A stretch of DNA of 64,000 nucleotides from the human T2T-CHM13v2.0 reference genome, Homo sapiens. Below, one piece after another: positions 41,794 to 56,339 of the stretch; the first letter of the stretch is position 1, and each line of letters starts with the position of its first letter. Position numbers and translations under genes: made by a program. The stretch lies in assembly GCF_009914755.1 (NCBI RefSeq), contig NC_060927.1, one strand, 5' to 3'. The notes beneath the pieces were generated by a model. It was not told the origin of the DNA. It saw nothing but the letters and a program-made list of their open reading frames with translations, and made no database searches.

Positions 41794-42279
41794 CCAATAT
41801 ACTAAAAAACCACCGTGTGCCTGAACTTATACCAAGTACAAAGGATACTGCAGCAGTCAAGACACATGAAATTTCTGCCTTCCCAGAACTTACATTTTAA
41901 TTTACAAAGCCTGTATCAAAGTGTCTGTGTATATCCACAGCTTAAGCCTGGAAACAGATGGCTAGTTGTTTATTAAATTTTAGACTCATCCCCACTCTGA
42001 TTTCTTTGAGGTATAGCCAATTTTCTTCAACTTTTAGACCTGAATTTTAGACCTCTAATTAAAAAAAAAAAATTTATACTTTAAGTTCTGGGATACATGT
42101 GCAGAATGTGCAGGTTTGTTACATAGGTATACATGTGCCATGGTGGTTTGCTGCACCCATCAACCCATCATCTACAGTAGGTATTTCTTCTAATGCTATC
42201 CCTCCCCTAGCCCCCCACCACCTCCTGACAGGCCCCCGTGTGTGATGTTCCCCTCCCTGTGTCCACATATTCTCATAGT

Positions 42280-45200
42280 TCAACCCCTATTTATGAGTGA
42301 GAACACATGGTGTTTGGTTTTCTCTTCCTGCATTAGTTGGCTGAGAATGATGGTTTACAGCTTCAGCCATATCCCTGTGAAGGACATGAACTCATCCTTT
42401 TTTATGCCTGTGTAGTATTCCATGTTGTATATGTGCCACATTTTCTTTATCTAGTCTATCATTGATGGTCATTTGGGTTGGTTCCAAGTCTTTGCTGCTG
42501 TGAATAGTGCCGCAGTAAACATACATGTGCATGTGTCTTTATAGTAGAATGATTTATAATACTGTGGGTATATACCCAGTAACAGGATTGCTAGGTCAAA
42601 TGGTATTTCTGGTTCTAGATCCTTGAGGGATCGCCACACTGTCTTCCAAATGGTTGAATTAATTGACACTCCCACCAATGGTTTAAAAGCGTTCCTATTT
42701 TTCCACGTCCTCTCCAGCATCTGTTCTTTCCTGACTTTTTAATGATCACCATTCTAACTGGCATGATATGATATCTCATTGTGGTTTTGATTTGCATTTC
42801 TCAAATGACCAGTGATGATGAACTTTTTCTCGTACGTTTGTTGGCTATATAAATGTCTTCTTTTGATAAGTTTCTGTTCATATCCTTTGCCTACTTTTTG
42901 ATGGGGTTGTTTTTATTTCCTTATAAATTTGTTTAATTCCTTGTAGATTCTGGAGCCCTTTGTCAGATGGATAGATTGCAAAAATTTTCTCCCATTCTGT
43001 AGGTTGCCTGTTCACTCTGATGATAGTTTCTTTTGCTGTGCAGAAGATCTTTAGTTTAATTAGGCCCCATTTGTCAATTTTGGCTTATGTCGCCATTGCT
43101 TTTGGTGTTTTAGTCACAAAGTCTTTGCCCATGCCTATGTCCTGAATGGTATTGCCTAGGTTTTCTTCTAGGTTTTTATGGTTTTAGGTCTAAAACTTAA
43201 GTCTTTAATTCATCTTGAGTTAATTTTTGTATACGGTGTAAGGAAGGGGTCCAGGTTCAGTTTTCTGCATATGGCTAGCTAGTTTTTGCAACACCATTTA
43301 TTAAATAGGGAATTCTTTCCCTATTGCTTGTTTTTGTCAGGTTTGTCAAAGATCAGATGGTTGTAGATGTGTGGTATTATTTCTGAGGCCTCTGTTCTGT
43401 TCCATTGGTCTATATATCTGTTTTGGTACTAGTACCATGCTATTTTGGTTACTGTAGCCTTGTAGTATAGTTTGAAGTCAGGTAGCATGATGCCTCCAGC
43501 TTTATTCTTTTTGCTTAGGATTGTCTTGGCAATGTGGGCTCTTTTTTGGTTCCATATGAAATTTAAATTAGTTTTTCTAATTCTGTGAAGAAAGTCAGTG
43601 GTAGCTTGATGGGGATATCATTGAATCTATAAATTACTTTTGGCAGTATGGCCATTTTCATGATATTGATTCTTCCTATCCATGAGCATGGAATGTTTTT
43701 CCATTTGTTTGTGTCTGCTCTCATTTCCTTGAGCAGTGGTTTGTAGTTCTCCTTGAAGAGGTCCTTCACATCCCTTGTAAGTTGTATTCCTAGGTATTTT
43801 ATTCTCTTTGTAGCAATTCTGAATGGCAGTTCACTCATGATTTGGCTTTTTGTTTGTCTATTTTTGGTGTATAGGAATGCTTGTGATTTTTGCACGTTGA
43901 TTTTGTATCCTGAGACTTTGCTGAAGTTGCTTATCAGCTTAAGGAGATTTTGGGCTGAGACGATGGGGTTTTCTAAATAGACAATCATGTCATCTGCAAA
44001 CAGAGACAGTTTGACTTCCTTTCTTCCTATTTGAATACTCTTTATTTCTTTCTCTTGCCTGACTGCCCTGGCCAGAACTTCGAATACTATGTTGAACAGG
44101 AGTGGTGAGAGAGGGCATCCTTGTCTTTGTGCCGGTTTTCAAAAGGAATGCTTCCAGCTTTGGCCCATTCTGTATGATATTGGCTGTGGGTTTGTCATAA
44201 ATAGCTCTTACTATTTTGAGATACGTTCCATTAATTCCTAGTTTATTGAGAGTTTTTAGCGTGAATGCGTGTTGAATTTTTGTCACAGGCCTTTTCTGCA
44301 TCTATTGAGATAATCATGTGGTTTTTGTCATTGGTTCTGTTTATGTGATGGAGTACGTTCATTGATTTGCATATGTTGAACCAGCCTTGCATCCCCGGGA
44401 TGAAGCCGACTTGATCATGGTGGATAAGCTATTTGATATGCTGCTTGATTAGGTTTGCCAGTATTTTATTGAGGATTTTCGCGTTGACCTTCATCAGGGA
44501 TATTGGCCTGAAATGTTCTTTTTTTGTTGTGTCCCTGCCAGATTTTGGTATCAGGATGATGTTGGCCTCATAAAATGAGTTCGGGAGGAGTCCCTCTTTG
44601 TCCATTGTTTGTAATAGTTTCAGAAGGAATGGAAGCAGCTTTTCTTTATACCTCTGGTAAAATTCAGCTGTGACTCCATCTGGTCATTGGCTTTTTTGGT
44701 TGGTAGGCTATTAATTACTACCTCAGTTTCAGACCTTGTTATTGGTCTATTGAGGGATTTGATTTCTTCCTGGTTTAGTTTTGGGAGGGTGTATGTGGCC
44801 AGGAATGTATCCATTCCTTCTAGATTTTCTAGTTTGTTTGTGTAGAGGTGTTTATAGTATTCTCTGATGGTAGTTTGTATTTCTGTGGGATCAGTGGTGA
44901 CTGATCCTCTCTATCATTTTTTATTGTACCTATTTTATTATGCTCTCTTTTCTTTTTTATTAGCCTGGTTGGCAGTCTAGCTATTTTGTTAATCTTTAAA
45001 AAAAAAATAGCTCCTGGATTCATTGATTTTTTTTTGAAGGGTTTTTCATGTTTCTATCTCCTTCAGTTCTGCTCTGATCTTAGTTATTTCTTGTCTTCTG
45101 CTATCTTTTGGATTTGTTTGCTGTTGCTTCTCTAGTTCTTTTAATTGTGATGATAGGGTGTCAATTTTAGAGCTTTCCTGCTTTCTCCTGTGGGCATTTA

Positions 45201-46106
45201 ATGCTATAAATTTTCCTGTAAACACTGCTTTAGCTGTGTCCCAGAGATTCGGGTACATTGTGTCTTTGTTCTCATTGGTTTCAAAGAATTTATTTATTTC
45301 TACCTTAAATTTGTTATTTACCCAGTAGTCATTCAGGAGCAGGTTGTTCAGTTTCTGTGTAGTTGTGTGGTTTTGAATGACTTTCTTAATACTGAGTTCT
45401 AATTTGATTGCACTGTGGTCTGAAAGACTACTTGTTATGATTTACATTCTTTTACATTTGCTGAGGAGTGTTTTACTTCCAGTTATGTGGTCAATTTTAG
45501 AATAAGTGTGATTTGGTCCTGAGAAGACTGTATATTCTGTTGATTTGGGGTGGAGAGTTCTGTAGATGTCTGTTAGGTCCACTTGGTCCAGAGCTGAGTT
45601 CAAGTCCTGAATATCCTTGTTAATTTATTGTCTCATTGATCTGTCTAATATTCACAATGGGGTGTTAAAGTCTCCCGCTATTATTTTGTGGGAGTCTAAG
45701 TCTCTTTGTAGGTCTCTAAGAACTTACTTTATGAATCTGGGTGCTCCTGTATTGGGTGCATATATATTTAGGATAGTTAGCTCTTCTTGTTGCATTGATC
45801 CCTTTACCATTGTGTAATGCCCTTTTTTTGTCTTTTTTGATCTTTGTTGGTTTAAAGTCTGTTTATCAGAGACTAGGATTGCAACCCCTGCTGCTTTTTT
45901 TTTTTCTTTCCATTTGCTTGGTAAATCTTCCTCCATCCCTTTATTTTGAGCCTATGTGCGTCCTTGCACATGAGATGGGTCTCCTGAATACAGCACACCA
46001 GTGGTCTTGACTCTATCCAATTTGCCAGTCTGTGTCTTTTAATTGGGGCATTTAGCTGGTTTACATTTAAGGTTAATATTGTTATGGGTGAATCTGATCC
46101 TGCCAT
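42280..46106 (-). pseudogene. L1 ORF2p, multiply disrupted
   Basis: Fragments [39 protein letters not shown]; many frameshifts and stops. Confidence 0.93.
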
Positions 46107-46169
46107 TATGGTGCTAGCTGGTTATTTTGCCCATTAGTTGATGCAGTTTCTTTGTGGAGTGGATGGTCT

Positions 46170-47188
46170 TTATAATTTGGTATGTTTTTGGAGTGGCTGG
46201 TACTGGTTTTTCCTTTCCATATTTAGTGCTTCCTTCAGGAGCTCTTGTAAGGCAGGCCTGGTGGTGACAAAATCTCTCAGTATTTGCTTGTCTGTAAAGG
46301 ATTTTATTTCTCCTTCGCTTCTGAAGCTTAGTTTGGCTGGATATGAAATTCTGGGTTGAAAATTCTTTAAGAATGTTGAATATTGATCCCCACTCTCTTC
46401 TGGCTTGTAGGGTTTCTGCTGAAAGATTGCTGCTAGTCTGATGCACTTCCCTTTGTGGGTAACCCGACCTTTCTTTCTGGCTGCCCTTCACATTTTTTCA
46501 TTCTTTTCAACCTTGGTGAATCTGATGACTGTATGTCTTGGGGTTGCTCTTCTCAAGGAGTATCTTTGTGGTGCTCTCTGTATTTCCTGAATTTGAATGT
46601 TGGCCTGTCTTGCTAGATTGGGGAAGTTCTCCTGGATAATATCCTGAAGAGTGTTTTCCAACTTGGTTCCATTCTCCCCGTCACTTTCAGGTACACCAAT
46701 CAAATATAGGTTGGTGTTTTCACATAGTCCCATATTTGTTGGAGGCTTTGTTCATTCCTTTTCATTCTTTTTTCTTTAATCTTGTCTTCACAGTTTATTT
46801 CATTAAGTTGATCCTCAATCTCTGATATCCTTTCTGCTGCCTGATCAATTCAGCTATTGATACTTCTGTATGCATCACGAAGTTCTCGTGCTGTGTTTTT
46901 CAGCTCCATCAGGTCATTTATGTTCTTCTCTAAACTGGTTATTCCAGTTAACAATTCCTCTAACCTTTTATCAAGGTTCTTAGCTTCCTTGCATTGGGTT
47001 AGAACATGCTCCTTTAGCTCGGAGGAGTTTGTTATTACCCACCTTCTGAAGCCTACTTCTGTCAATTTGTCAAACTCGTTCTCCATCCAGTTTTGTTCCC
47101 TTGCTGGCGAGGAGTTGTGATCCTTTGGAGGAGAAGAGGTGTTCTGGTTTTTGGAATTTTCAGCCTTTTTGGGCAGGTTTTTCCTCAT
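46170..47188 (-). pseudogene. L1 ORF1p, disrupted
   Basis: MRKNLPKKAENSKNQNTSSPPKDHNSSPAREQNW...; stop after 112 aa, later frameshifts. Confidence 0.92.
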
Positions 47189-48872
47189 CTTTGTGGATTT
47201 ATCTACCTTTGGTCTTTGATGTTGGTACCTATGGATGGGATTGTTGTGTTGACATCCTTTTTGTTGATGTTGATGCTATTCCTTTCCGTTTGTTAGTTTT
47301 CCTTCTAAGAGTCAGGCCCCTCTGCTGCAGGACCATTGGAGTTTGCTGGAGGTCAACTCCAGATCCTCTTTGCCTGGGTATCACCAGCAGAGGCTGCAGA
47401 ATAGCAAAGATTGCTGCCTGTTCCTTCCTCTGGAAGCTTTGTCCCAGAGGGGCACCCACCAGATGCCAGCTGAAGCTCTCCTGTATGAGGTGTCTGTCGA
47501 CCCCTGCTGTGAAGTGTCTCCTAGTCAGGAGGCACAAGTGTCAGGGACCCATTTGAGGAGGCAGTCTGTCCTTTAGCAGATCTTGAGCACTGTGCTGGGA
47601 GATCCACTGCTCCCTTCAGAGCTGGCATGTAGGAACACTTAAGTCTGCTGAAGCTGGGCCCACAGCCGGCCCTTCCCCCAGGTGCTGTATCCCAGGGAGA
47701 TGGGAATTTTATCTATAAGTTCCTGACTGGATCTTCTGCCTTTCTTTCAGACATGCCCTGCCTAGAGAGGAGGAATCTAGGGAGGCAGTCTGGCTACAGA
47801 GGGTTTGCGGAGCTGTGGTGGGGCTCTGCCCAGTTTGAACTTCCCAGTGGCTTTGTTTACAATGTGAGGGGAAAAACCCGCCTACTCAAGCCTCAGGGCC
47901 CTGGTGTTGCGAAGACCATGGGAAAAGCATAGTATCTGCATTGGAATGCACCGTTCCTCAGGATACAGTCCCTCAAGGCTTCCCTTAGCTATGGGAGGGA
48001 GTTCCCTGACTCCTTGCACTTCCCAGGTGAGGTGACGCCCCACCCTGCTTCTGCTTGCCTTCCATGGGCTGAACCCACTTTCTAACCAGTCCCAGTGAGG
48101 AGCCAGGTACTTTAGTTGGAAATGCAGAAGTCACCCGCCTTCTGCATTGATCTCACTGGGAGCTGCAGACCAGAGCTGTTCCTGTTTGGCCATCTTGCCA
48201 GCCCTCCCCTGGACCTCTGATTTGAGCTGATTTGTCAGGCGAAGTGGCTTACATGTTTGATTTACCTGTAAGTATTGGCTATCATCGTAAAGTTTTTTAG
48301 GTTCTGGATGAGAGGTTTATTTGAAAGTAGTTGTTCCAGGATTTAATTATTTAAATCAATTCTGACTGCCTTTGTTTAGAATTTTAATTCAGTGAAAGGT
48401 CTAGTTCTTAATGGTTATATGTAACCACAACAGAGACAAGAAATTCATTGCAATTAAATTGTTGGTTTTCCTCACACAAAGCTCATGTTTTAATGCTCCC
48501 CTCCATATGGGGGTCAATCATATAGCATTAACATTAATAGCCTAATAAGTCTAATAATGAAGATGTGTAGCATGTTAAAATTAGCCATTAGAATTCAAAC
48601 ATACCACACTCAATGCATGCAACAAGATCCACAAATGCCAACACTACCCATCTGTTTGAACTAATGAGCTGTAAACATTTCCCCCACTGGTGAACTAATA
48701 AATTATAGCATGTTACAATTGAAAGGGACCTTGGAGATAGATCTTTCTGTTCCAGCTACCTCTTTCTTCATTTTGTTGGTCCTATATAAAGGTATATTAT
48801 TTATCCAAGGTCACAGTTGTACAGTAAAACCCTGCCATGGCATAATAGGCCCAGAAATTCCTGTGTGTAAAG

Positions 48873-49047
48873 CAGGGGTTCCCAAACGTTAGTATACATC
48901 CTGGAGAGCTTGTTGAAGCACAGATTACTGGGCCCCACCCTTAGAGTTTCTGATTCAGTGGGTCTGAGGTAGAACCTGATCATTTTCATTTCTAACAAGC
49001 TCCTGGGTGCTGCTTGTGGTCTGAGGACCAAACTTTGAGAACCACTT
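48873..49047. mobile_element. MER5A hAT-Charlie MITE
   Basis: caggggttcccaaac...actttgagaaccact; 8-bp TSD gtgtaaag / gtgtagac. Confidence 0.9.
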
Positions 49048-49819
49048 GTGTAGACCACGTGGTAACATTACTGTGAAGTTAATGGAATGATGAAAGCCAG
49101 CCTACATAGTTAGCCAGCCTTGAGTTCTGAGGATCTAGCTGCAGGAGCCAGATCTATCCAGGTGTAAACTTGGGTTTGCCACCATCTAGTGTTAGTCATC
49201 TAAAGCTGTGTAAACATTGATGGGGATGATTCTGGATCCTGTAGCTGGCTGGGGCTTCCAGCTATCCCATGGTTAGTAGGCATTTATTTCTTCTATTGAT
49301 TTGGGAAGATTGTGCTTTGGGGACCCAGCTCCCATCTTGCTGATTTCCAACTACCACCAGCTACTTCCCTGTCAGTCTTGTCCTCTCCTGAATATATTCT
49401 CCCCTCCTCTAGAAGACAAGAACATTGGCCCAACTCTTTCAGAAGCTGGAGAGCCAGTCACATTACATCCAAAACTGTATTGGGGAAGGCTTTTACAGCA
49501 GCCAGTGGTAGATCTCCTGTTGTTTAATGTACTCATTCTCAAACTCCTGCCTCACTGTCTTACCTCTGTGCCTTTGCATTTTCCATCACTCTTAACCTTC
49601 AAGGTTTAGCTGAATTTCCACCTCCTTCAGAAACCTTGTCTTCCTACTCTAGAAGATAACAACTTTTCTTTTAAAGAGAAAATAGGGCATGATTCTGGTA
49701 CTTTTGCGTTCCAGACTTTGTGTGGATGTTCGTGTCATTTTATTCTCAAAACTATCTTGCAGTATAGACGTTGTACCCATTTTATTGATAGTAATGCTGA
49801 GACTCAAGAAGGGTAAGGC

Positions 49820-50100
49820 TTTTAAGAGACAGGGTCTCACAGTTGCCCAGGCTGAAGTGCAGTGGCACAATCATAGCTCACTGAAACTTCAAACTAGCTC
49901 AAGGGATCCTGCTGCCCCAGCCCCTTCTAAGTAGCTCTGACTATAGACACAGGCCACCACACCTGGCTAATTTTTTTTTTTTTTTTAAGGAATGGGGTTT
50001 TGCTATTTTGCCAAGCTGGTCTCAACTCCGGCCTCAAGCAGCCTTCCTGCCTTGGCCTTCCAAAGACCTGGGATTATAGGCATGAGCCACCATGCCTGCC
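49820..50100 (-). mobile_element. AluJ, preceded by a MIR fragment (~49735-49817)
   Basis: Diverged dimer gagacagggtctcac...catgagccaccatgcctgcc. Confidence 0.9.
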
Positions 50101-50979
50101 CCATTTTCTAATTTGTTAGAATATAATTTGCTATGATATACCTTGTCTAATACAAGTGCATTAGACAAATACATAGGCAAAGCTGTCTATAGAGTGGTTT
50201 TTGACAAGATAGTCTCTCTCCATGCCATGCTGCAAGCTCTTAAAGATGGGGAGCATGTCTCATTTGTTTTTATTCTCAGCCCCAGCCCCTCCTATTAGCA
50301 CAGTGCATGTTAAGTTGTGGCACTCAGTATTTTCCAAAATGGATCTCCTGGCTTACTGCTGTGTATACTGCATCTTCCTGCCCCGCTTCTCTGTGCAGTT
50401 GGCTATGGTCCCCAGCGGGGAAGGAGGTTCCTTTGGTGTAGTCTCTCCTCCATTGCCCCCACTCAGAATTTGCAGCATCAACTGTTTTCTCTCAGTCTAT
50501 CTTCTCTATGAATGCCATCTTCAGGAAAAGGAGCACTTTTCTACCCTGAGAATGAATGATTTAGAGATGAGGGTGGTTTCAGCTTCATGCCAAGCTCATA
50601 GTCTGGGGGTGGCTTCCCACACCCTCTTCACTTCCCTGAACCTCATCTCTCTCCTTTTCAGTCACTATCTCCTTATTCTTCAAGACATCCCTATGAATCA
50701 AGCAGTAGGGACAAGTGAGAGGCTTATCAGAGTTAGAGATTGGGTGAAAGATCACCAAAAGCTCATGTTGCTTAAAACTTGAATTGCATGAAAGGCATTG
50801 GATCCAAATGTTTAAGAAACACTGACTCACTCCTTTGCTGTTTTGAATATAACTTGCAAATGTGGTTTCATTTATCATCCCACTTCCTCCATCTCTCGTA
50901 AAACTGTCACTTTCAGGGAAGAGAATAAGTGGGCCTGGCCTCACTGTGGCTCTAGTACTCTCTGAGGATGGAGTAAGGA

Positions 50980-51320
50980 TTCCTGGTTCTCAACCCAACT
51001 ATACAGTAGAATCACTTGGAAGCTTCCTACATTCCTTCAGGGAGTCTGATTTCCTTAATCTGGGATGTAGCATGGCATAAGCATTGCTGTGTTCCTCCAT
51101 TGTTCTAGTGTTCAGTCATTGTTCTAGTGTTCACTCAGCATTAAGAACTGCTAGATTAGGTTTTTGGATTCCAAGACTTGCTGATCATAATAGCCATATT
51201 GGGAGCCTTTTAAAATTTCTCCATCCCATAACCTGGGAGTCAGAATTTCTAAGGGAAAGACCTAGGGATATATGTTTGAAGTAGATTCTGGCCATCAGCT
51301 AGTTTGGGAAATTACCAATC
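50980..51320. mobile_element. Two adjacent diverged MER5-like fragments
   Basis: tggttctcaacc...agaatcacttggaagctt...ttaagaactgct, then ...agtttgggaaattac. Confidence 0.5.
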
Positions 51321-53249
51321 TTGGTACTTTCAGATATTTCTTCTAGCCTTCCAGTCATCAAAGCAAGGTAGAATTATCAACATAATGATATAAAGCTATT
51401 GTATTATTTTATGCATGCTTCCTGGAGCAAGACATAAAGATAAAACTCATTCAAAATGTTCGGAATATCATGAACTTCACTGTGGGACTAAGCATTCCTG
51501 CACAAGTCCAAACAGTGAACTTAATTCATACTCTTCAGATGATAGCTGTGTCTGTTTAATATTGGCCCAACCTACTCTTGCTCACGTATTTTCCATTTCA
51601 CTGTAATTTTTATTCCAGCTGTATATTCAACAGACTGCCTGCCAACCCTGTGGAACCACTTGACATAAATGATGTATTTTGAAAGATTAAACCAGAAACA
51701 CGTATTAAAACCATCTTTATACTAGCTTAAGACTTAAAGAAGTTTTTATGTGGATTCAAGTGGAATGAGAGGAACTAAGAACGGGGAATGAGGCCCCAGA
51801 AAAGCAAATTTGAGGTTAAAGGTCAAAATTAAAATTAACTAATTTTTAATCAACATGCCACTTGGTAGCAAAAAATTAAAATTTATTAATGACTATAATA
51901 TTATGAATAATTTCACATGCTGAAGTGTATTGCCTCTTCAAAGCATGCCTCTTGGGTTTAAATGTTCTTTTCACATGTAAAACGTTCTGGTAAGAACTGT
52001 GCCTACTTTCTATGACCTTACCTCCCTTTCTACTGTAAAAACATCAGCACATCTTTCAGGAAAATTGACTGCTGCCCAAAGGAAATACACATAATTTTTA
52101 GGTCCCTGAATTCAATTTCTGAAGATATTTTTCAGGCATTGCAAAAGAAAAAAGAAAAATGAATGAGTTTGCTGTGTACAAGAAATAATCTTTTTCATAA
52201 GCAGTGCAGTCAAAATGATAGAACATGCTCCTTTAGTATTTGGCATCTCTACAATATCATTTAATTCCCTGACCTCAATATTCAGTCTTTAACACCAAAA
52301 CCATAAAAAGGGAAGTATGATACGTATTCTTCACCCTGCACAAGCAACTTCCTGTCTCCTCAAAGGAGATAAATGATCCTAATTCACTTTAATGCCGGAA
52401 GAAGGAGGTTCTGTGTCATTCTAATAAGCCTCAAACTCCTGGTACTATTTTTACCCCATTGCTGACCTCAGTGGCTGTGGAGAGCAGAACACCCTCCCTC
52501 AACAAATGCAAATAGACTCCAGCAGCCTTTCTTGAGGAGCACTCAAGCAATTACTTCTGAGTCCTCAAGTAGAATTCACATTAATTGATTCCCTTTTGTA
52601 GGCTTTTCCTTAGCAGGAGATTTAACAGTTTTTCTCTTTTGTTTGGAATTCTGCATCTTGGTGGAACTGACAACCTCCTTTATTTTATTTTATTTTATTT
52701 TTTAGAAAGGGAAATATGAAAGAGAAGAGCAGAAAGGAGCTCTATTACAGGTGGGATTTTTTTCCCCCTTGAAAATATCCTGAGTGATAGCCTAGACTCC
52801 AGGCTGGCTGGAGGACTTGCAGAATGCAGGGAGGGATCTGCTCTGCCTCCTGCCTCAGTATAAATCCCTCCAGGGACAGGCACTCTGCTCCTCAGTTTTC
52901 TAGAAAAGTGCCCATGTACATTTCTGAATTATGAAAGCCTCTCTAAATCAGGAATTACACAGTCCTCTTTCATCTGGCTTGTAGTCTTGGCCTACATGAA
53001 TTAATTGTCAGCATTTTAAAATAGGGAAATTCCATCTAAATATCCGGATTTCTGACTTTTCTTAAAAACTTAGGAGAAAATTTTTGAGAGAATTTTCTGT
53101 TTTCTTAAGAAAAACAATAGAAAAGATCTGTTTGGTGTGAGTCAAAAAACCACTATTCCCATTTGTTTTCTAGTTCATTATACTCCCTGTAATCTCACAG
53201 AACTGCCACAAAGTGACAGTTATTGTAATTGTACCCACACTGTTGATCA

Positions 53250-53807
<558 letters not shown>

Positions 53808-53999
53808 TCATTTGTGACTTATGCTATAAAAAAGCCTGAGAGACATTCATATTTGCCTACCTGTTGCTCATGGAACAAGATGCTCAGGCCCTGAGATAAC
53901 ATGATGAATATTCATTCCTTCTGTTTTCCCAGTTCTGTCTCTTGCAAATAACCAAAAGCAGCATGTCTGTACACCATTATTAGCCCAGGAGAAAGGGAG

Positions 54000-54165
54000 A
54001 GACATATGATGTGCAAGACACATGGTAGGTGTTTTAGTACATTTAATTCCCTAGGAGTGCTCTAATTAGGTATCAGCCCCATTTAAAAATGAGAAAGTTG
54101 AGGCTCCAGAGAAATTAAGTAACTTACCCAAGGTCACAGAGCAAAGCTACTAAGTGGCAGGCCTG
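54000..54165 (-). mobile_element. MIR SINE
   Basis: ccccatttaaaaatgagaaagttgaggct...ttaagtaacttacccaaggtcacagagc...taagtggcag. Confidence 0.75.
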
Positions 54166-55390
54166 CCATTGTGCTTGCACTACTCATTGAAATGCTTTCC
54201 CTGAATTACTACTTAGCACAATGACTTTAGTTTTTATTGTGGGTTGATCAGGAGTAGCCAAACAAGAGTATTCTGTTCATATTCTATAAAACTGCTATTG
54301 AGGATGCTAATGTTTGTCAAAAGATCTGTCTAATGATCTTTTCTTTGCAGTGAGTGACAGATGAAGTTTGTGTTTCTGAACAAAATAAAAAATGTACTTC
54401 TGTTTATGTAGCCAGAAACAAATGATACTAGCTATCCTTTTTGCCTTCATTTCCAGGAAGCTCCAAGGGAAATGTATTGTCCCATTCCATCTTATGGTAA
54501 AATTAATCCTCCCTTTTGCCACATTGTTTTGGACCTTTCTTCCTGGAGTCATTATTGTGCTTTGGTGTGTTATTAATTCTGTTATTCAAGTTGCATCTAG
54601 TTGTAAGCTTCCTCAGATTCCTTTTAAAGAAGGCAGAAGTATAACTTATAAATAAGACCCTTAAAATTCAATTTATACCCCTAAGAGTAATTAATAAATC
54701 CAATTTTAATATGACACTAGATTTAACAGAAGGGGCTATTTGGGGAATGGCCCAAAAGCCTTTGGGTCATTTCTGGCTTCGGGGAATCACAATTAACAGA
54801 GACAACTCTCTCAAATTGAGCTCTGGCCCAGTTTGTCTTGCATTCTGCTACTGGGCGATAGTTGCTAACTTGCACAGAGAACTTACTGTGTACCTGGCCC
54901 TGGGCCAAGTGCTTGACATGCCTTGTCTCCATCTTTGCAGCAAGTATATCTAGTACCATTCTTACCCCTATTACAGGAAATTCAAGGATCAGAGCTCAAG
55001 AAACTAGTTTACAGGCACATAGATAATAGGTTTGATCTTGAGCAAAGACCTTGACTTCTTGGTGTCCATGTCCCCACCTGTAAAGCAGGCATATGCTCCT
55101 TTCTCAATCTCCTCACAAATCTGTGATGTTAGTCACTTCTGTCCTCCCCGCCCCCACTGCAAGGAACTAGATCCAAAGGAAGGGTTATATTCTATATCTC
55201 AACCTTCCTAGTCTTTTATTTTCCCTGAGGGTTCTCTCAGGCACGTTGGCCACCAACTTAATCGAATCTTCTCTTTTCCTAGGGAGACGGAAATCTCATG
55301 TTCTGTCTTTTCTAAGCTCTACTATTGGCCTAGGTTGTTGGTTATCATCACGCTTTGTCTCACAAAATATTTTAAATCTCAATTCAACTA

Positions 55391-56338
55391 CAGTCAATTC
55401 TTGTTATTCATGTTAGTTACGTTATATAACCGGCATCCCCCAACCCCTGGGCCACAGACTGGTACCAGTCCATGGCCTGTTAGGAACCAGGATGCATTAG
55501 CAGGAGGTGAGCTGCAGGTGAGGGAGCATTACCAGCTGAGTTCCACCTCCTGTCAGATCAGTGGTGGCATTACATTCTCATAGGAGCAGGAACCCTATCG
55601 TGAACTGTGTGTGTGAGGGATCTAGGTTGCATGTTCCTTATAAGAATCTAATGCCAGATGATCTGAGGTGGGACAGTTTCATCCCAAAACCATGTCCCCC
55701 ACCCCAGGTCTGTAGAAAAATTGTCCTTCTCGAAACTGGTCCCTGGTGCCAAAAAGGTTGGGGGCTGCTATTGTATATAGTCTCCATGAATGTTGAATTA
55801 TCTAATTTGGAACCATTTCTCATAAGAGAAATAGAAGGTTAGTTTCCTTTGAGCCTCTCACAAACTTTTATCAACTGATCAGTATGTACCCTTCTTTTAT
55901 GTGTTTCTGATTAAAGACACCTTATTTAGTATGTATTGTTGATTCACTAACATTGAGCTTATGGCCAACAGCACTGTAACTTATGCCTGAATGAAGCTAA
56001 TCTACAGCATTTTCTGTAAAAGCTACATCACAACTTACTGTGCTTAGAAACACTAAACAGCATCTCAGCACTTTGCTTGCAAGCCATATTTAATAGTAAA
56101 ATCACCAACACAAAAGCATAAAAATGTAAAAAAAAAAAAAAAAGCACTAAATAGTCCATGGAGAGGACATTTGTTTCCAGTAAAGAGCTGAAACAAGAAA
56201 GATGGAGCATCACCTTGTTCATCTTAAGCTGGGAATGTATGCGTTGATTGACTGAAATTTTTTGCCACTCTATGCGTGTCCACTAATGACCATGAAAGCA
56301 TTGCAAGTATTTATTTTGGGATTACAAAGAAATTTTAG
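55391..56338 (-). mobile_element. MER6-type TcMar-Tigger element, interrupted by MER1B
   Basis: TA|cagtcaattcttgttattca terminus; gagctgaaacaagaa...caccttgttc...agctgggaa...ttttgggattacaaa. Confidence 0.8.
55430..55770 (+). mobile_element. MER1B hAT-Charlie element nested in MER6
   Basis: ...tcccccaacccctgggccacagactggtaccagtcc...ggtgccaaaaaggttggggg; 8-bp TSD ttatataa / ttgtatat. Confidence 0.9.
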
Positions 56339-56339
56339 G

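Larger units (their letters stand above)
42061..48209 (-). mobile_element. Full-length LINE-1, L1PA7/8-like, defective
   Basis: Minus 5' end ggggagggctggcaagatggcc; ORF1 start MRKN...KAENSKNQN; 3'UTR ends ...cttaaagtataa; degenerate TSD tagacctctaatt (42048-42060) / tggacctctgatt (48210-48222). Confidence 0.96.

Noticed and set aside
50222-50782. 186-aa ORF on +
   Set aside because: Starts in an L2-like relic, has no recognisable domain or exon structure; likely a chance ORF
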